A stretch of 64,000 bases of DNA, from contig NMRA01000006.1 in NCBI GenBank assembly GCA_002633005.1, positions 1,520,888-1,584,887 of the forward strand, given 5' to 3'. The position numbers and the translations under genes were made by a program. Below are positions 61,860-64,000 of this stretch, piece by piece. The stretch is from Phoronis australis (Eukaryota; Animalia; Phoronida). Position 1 is the first letter of the stretch. Each line of letters starts with the position of its first letter. The notes under the pieces were generated by a model. The model was not told the origin of the DNA, searched no databases, and worked only from the letters and a program-made list of their open reading frames with translations.

Positions 61860-63597
61860 GCTAATCTACTGGATGGACATGTTATTGACATTTGTAGATA
61901 AACTGGTGTATCTAAGATATTGTAAGGGGGGTGGACCAATCCCAACTTTTGAGTAATAACTTTTAAGGCTTTGTCTGTAGAGGGGCACATTTCCTTCAAC
62001 AGTTCAGGAAATTAGAAGATCTACCGTCCCAGAAACTGAATTCGAGGGAATGGGATGCCCTCAAAGATGTAGAAAATTTTATTTGTCTATCCAGTCCAGT
62101 AGCTGTTTCGTGAAAAGTGACTTAAGTCCTAAGTCAGCCATTTTAACTTACACTGTGTTTGAATGGAATGAAGTTTTTGCTATGTAACTGTGTTAGCACA
62201 TCACAGTCTAGAAAAGTGATGAAAACCGTTTGGGAAACTAGCAATCATGAATATATTTTCAAAGACCTTGTACTTTTTGTTGAGTTGAGAAAATTATGTT
62301 AGGGGAATAGTTTTGTGGAGTTCAAGAAGAAATTTCTGACCTAAGTTAATTTTCCGGAAAAGGACGCAAGTAGATTATAATCAACTCATTTAGTGTAATA
62401 ACTCACCCGTTTGGTGTTTACCAAAATAAAGTTCTAATTTATCCATCCATATCAGATCTTCGATACTTTAAGCTGTTGTGTACAGTTTATGAAAGTGAAT
62501 GTACAAAACGTGGACTTTTGTTAAAGGTTCTATTGTTACAATGCAGGGAAAATGTTTTGATTGTTTTGATAAACAAAATGTGTTGATGGAACTGGTTTTT
62601 GCTAAGTTATTATGTCTGAAGAACAATGTTGTCTGTAAATAACCTTAAAGTTCCTCAGTCAACCATTGTTGTGAAGTGTTAGATTGTAATATGAAAGGAG
62701 GCAATTTATCAATGACGTTTCATTGTGAAAGAATCATGTTTTCGTGTAAAGTCATGCAAATTGAGAATTAAAATCATACTAAACAAAAATCCTATTTTTG
62801 TTTTTCGGGTGGTGGCATGTTTATTCACGACTGTTTAAATTGTCTCTTAACTTACATACTGCGTTTTCCCATTGCTCCCAACTTGTTCGATTCTATAGCC
62901 CAACATCAAGTTGGCAAGTTTACCCCTGTAGCCAATATCTTACAGGACTGATTAACTCCATTCTGGCATTTATGGTTGGAGGGCCAGCTCTCTTTTGTTC
63001 GATAATTGTTCTAATCTCCAGTAAGCTGGTATCTAGCCTGACTGGGCTGTGCTGTTAAATATAAAAAGTTAAGTTATAATATATTTGAACATAAATCAAT
63101 AGCATTTCTGAAATCCTCGTCAAATGGTGATCATGTTTAGTTCTTGAATCGCCAATATCGCCCAACTGCAACCGAATGTATCAATTCACTCTGGCCGGGT
63201 TTGACGTTGTTCACACGTGGTTTGCAATAAGCCTGGTAGGCTAGATAATTGGTGTGCCTGTTGTCATAACAGACCAAAGAGTGTGCTTGGCAGTTAACAA
63301 AGCTAGATGTTATCACACGCACAGAACCCCCTTCGTCGGGTAAAGTCACTGAGCGGGAAAACGCTGTCATGTAAGACAGAAGTATTCTGTAATCTCCTTG
63401 TGTACCTGATTTCGAACCCTGCGCTCCAAAAGATCAATACATGCACACACATACATATGTATAGTGTTTAAAAGTCTAATTCTCATTTTCTCCAGTTAGT
63501 GCACTAATGAAATAAACGAAAGTAGTTCTGCTTGTCGCGTCAGCTGTTGGTATCATTATCTCAATTTATGACCCACAACGCGTGACTGGACAAAGCC

Positions 63598-64000
63598 TTT
63601 TTATGCGCCCACATTTTTATATGTGGACGCATTATGCCGTCATCTCCGTCCCTCCGGGCGGCGTCCGTCCGGCGTCCACTGCTTTATCTCCAAAACCCTT
63701 TAACATACGTTCATGGCACAAATGTTCCATTCATGAATGGGACGGCATGTGCGAACTTTCGGACGGATCCGACTACCGGTGTGCCCCCTAGTGGCAATTT
63801 TAGTTTTTTACGCTTACCTTTGTATCTTCAAAAGTCCTGAACGGATTTTCATGAAATATGGTATGTAGGCACCTATTAGTGAGATGACGCTATCCTCCCA
63901 TTTTCAGATGGATTCGGCATAGTTTGCGCCACCCAGTGGCCATTTTTACTGTTTTCGAGTCTGTATTTTTGCGTCCACCCCTCTATCAACCAAACCGCTC
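63598..64000 (+). mobile_element. Second HINE-like copy (5' end; runs off window)
   Basis: tttttatgcgcccac...gtggacgcat inverted pair, then (gtcc)n-like tract and modules homologous to 51540-51800. Confidence 0.65.

Overview
Intron-rich animal (probably invertebrate) genomic DNA with three protein-coding genes reconstructed exon by exon from GT-AG boundaries. (1) CLUAP1/IFT38 on the minus strand (ATG 11028, runs off the left edge), head-to-head with (2) casein kinase 1 delta/epsilon (CSNK1D/E, doubletime-like) on the plus strand (ATG 11548), then (3) isovaleryl-CoA dehydrogenase (IVD, 39200-61723, +). The main signal is tandem duplication of exons encoding catalytic cores. CK1 has two consecutive pairs of equal-length, same-phase, intact alternative exons (2A/2B, 111 nt; 3A/3B, 149 nt) covering the ATP-binding Lys, helix C and hinge, plus a cassette exon and two alternative terminal exons for the autoinhibitory tail. 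IVD has three copies of the exon carrying its catalytic Glu: one canonical, one intact with a remodelled pocket, and one decayed. These look like mutually exclusive exon switches; this is inferred from DNA only and needs transcript evidence. Also present: tandem repeats that copy splice signals, a candidate basic alternative last exon in CLUAP1, a TTAA-flanked Kolobok-like element with a THAP start in both arms, other TE remnants, and several single-N junctions with flanking duplications that are probably assembly artefacts (IVD exon 9 appears lost at one).
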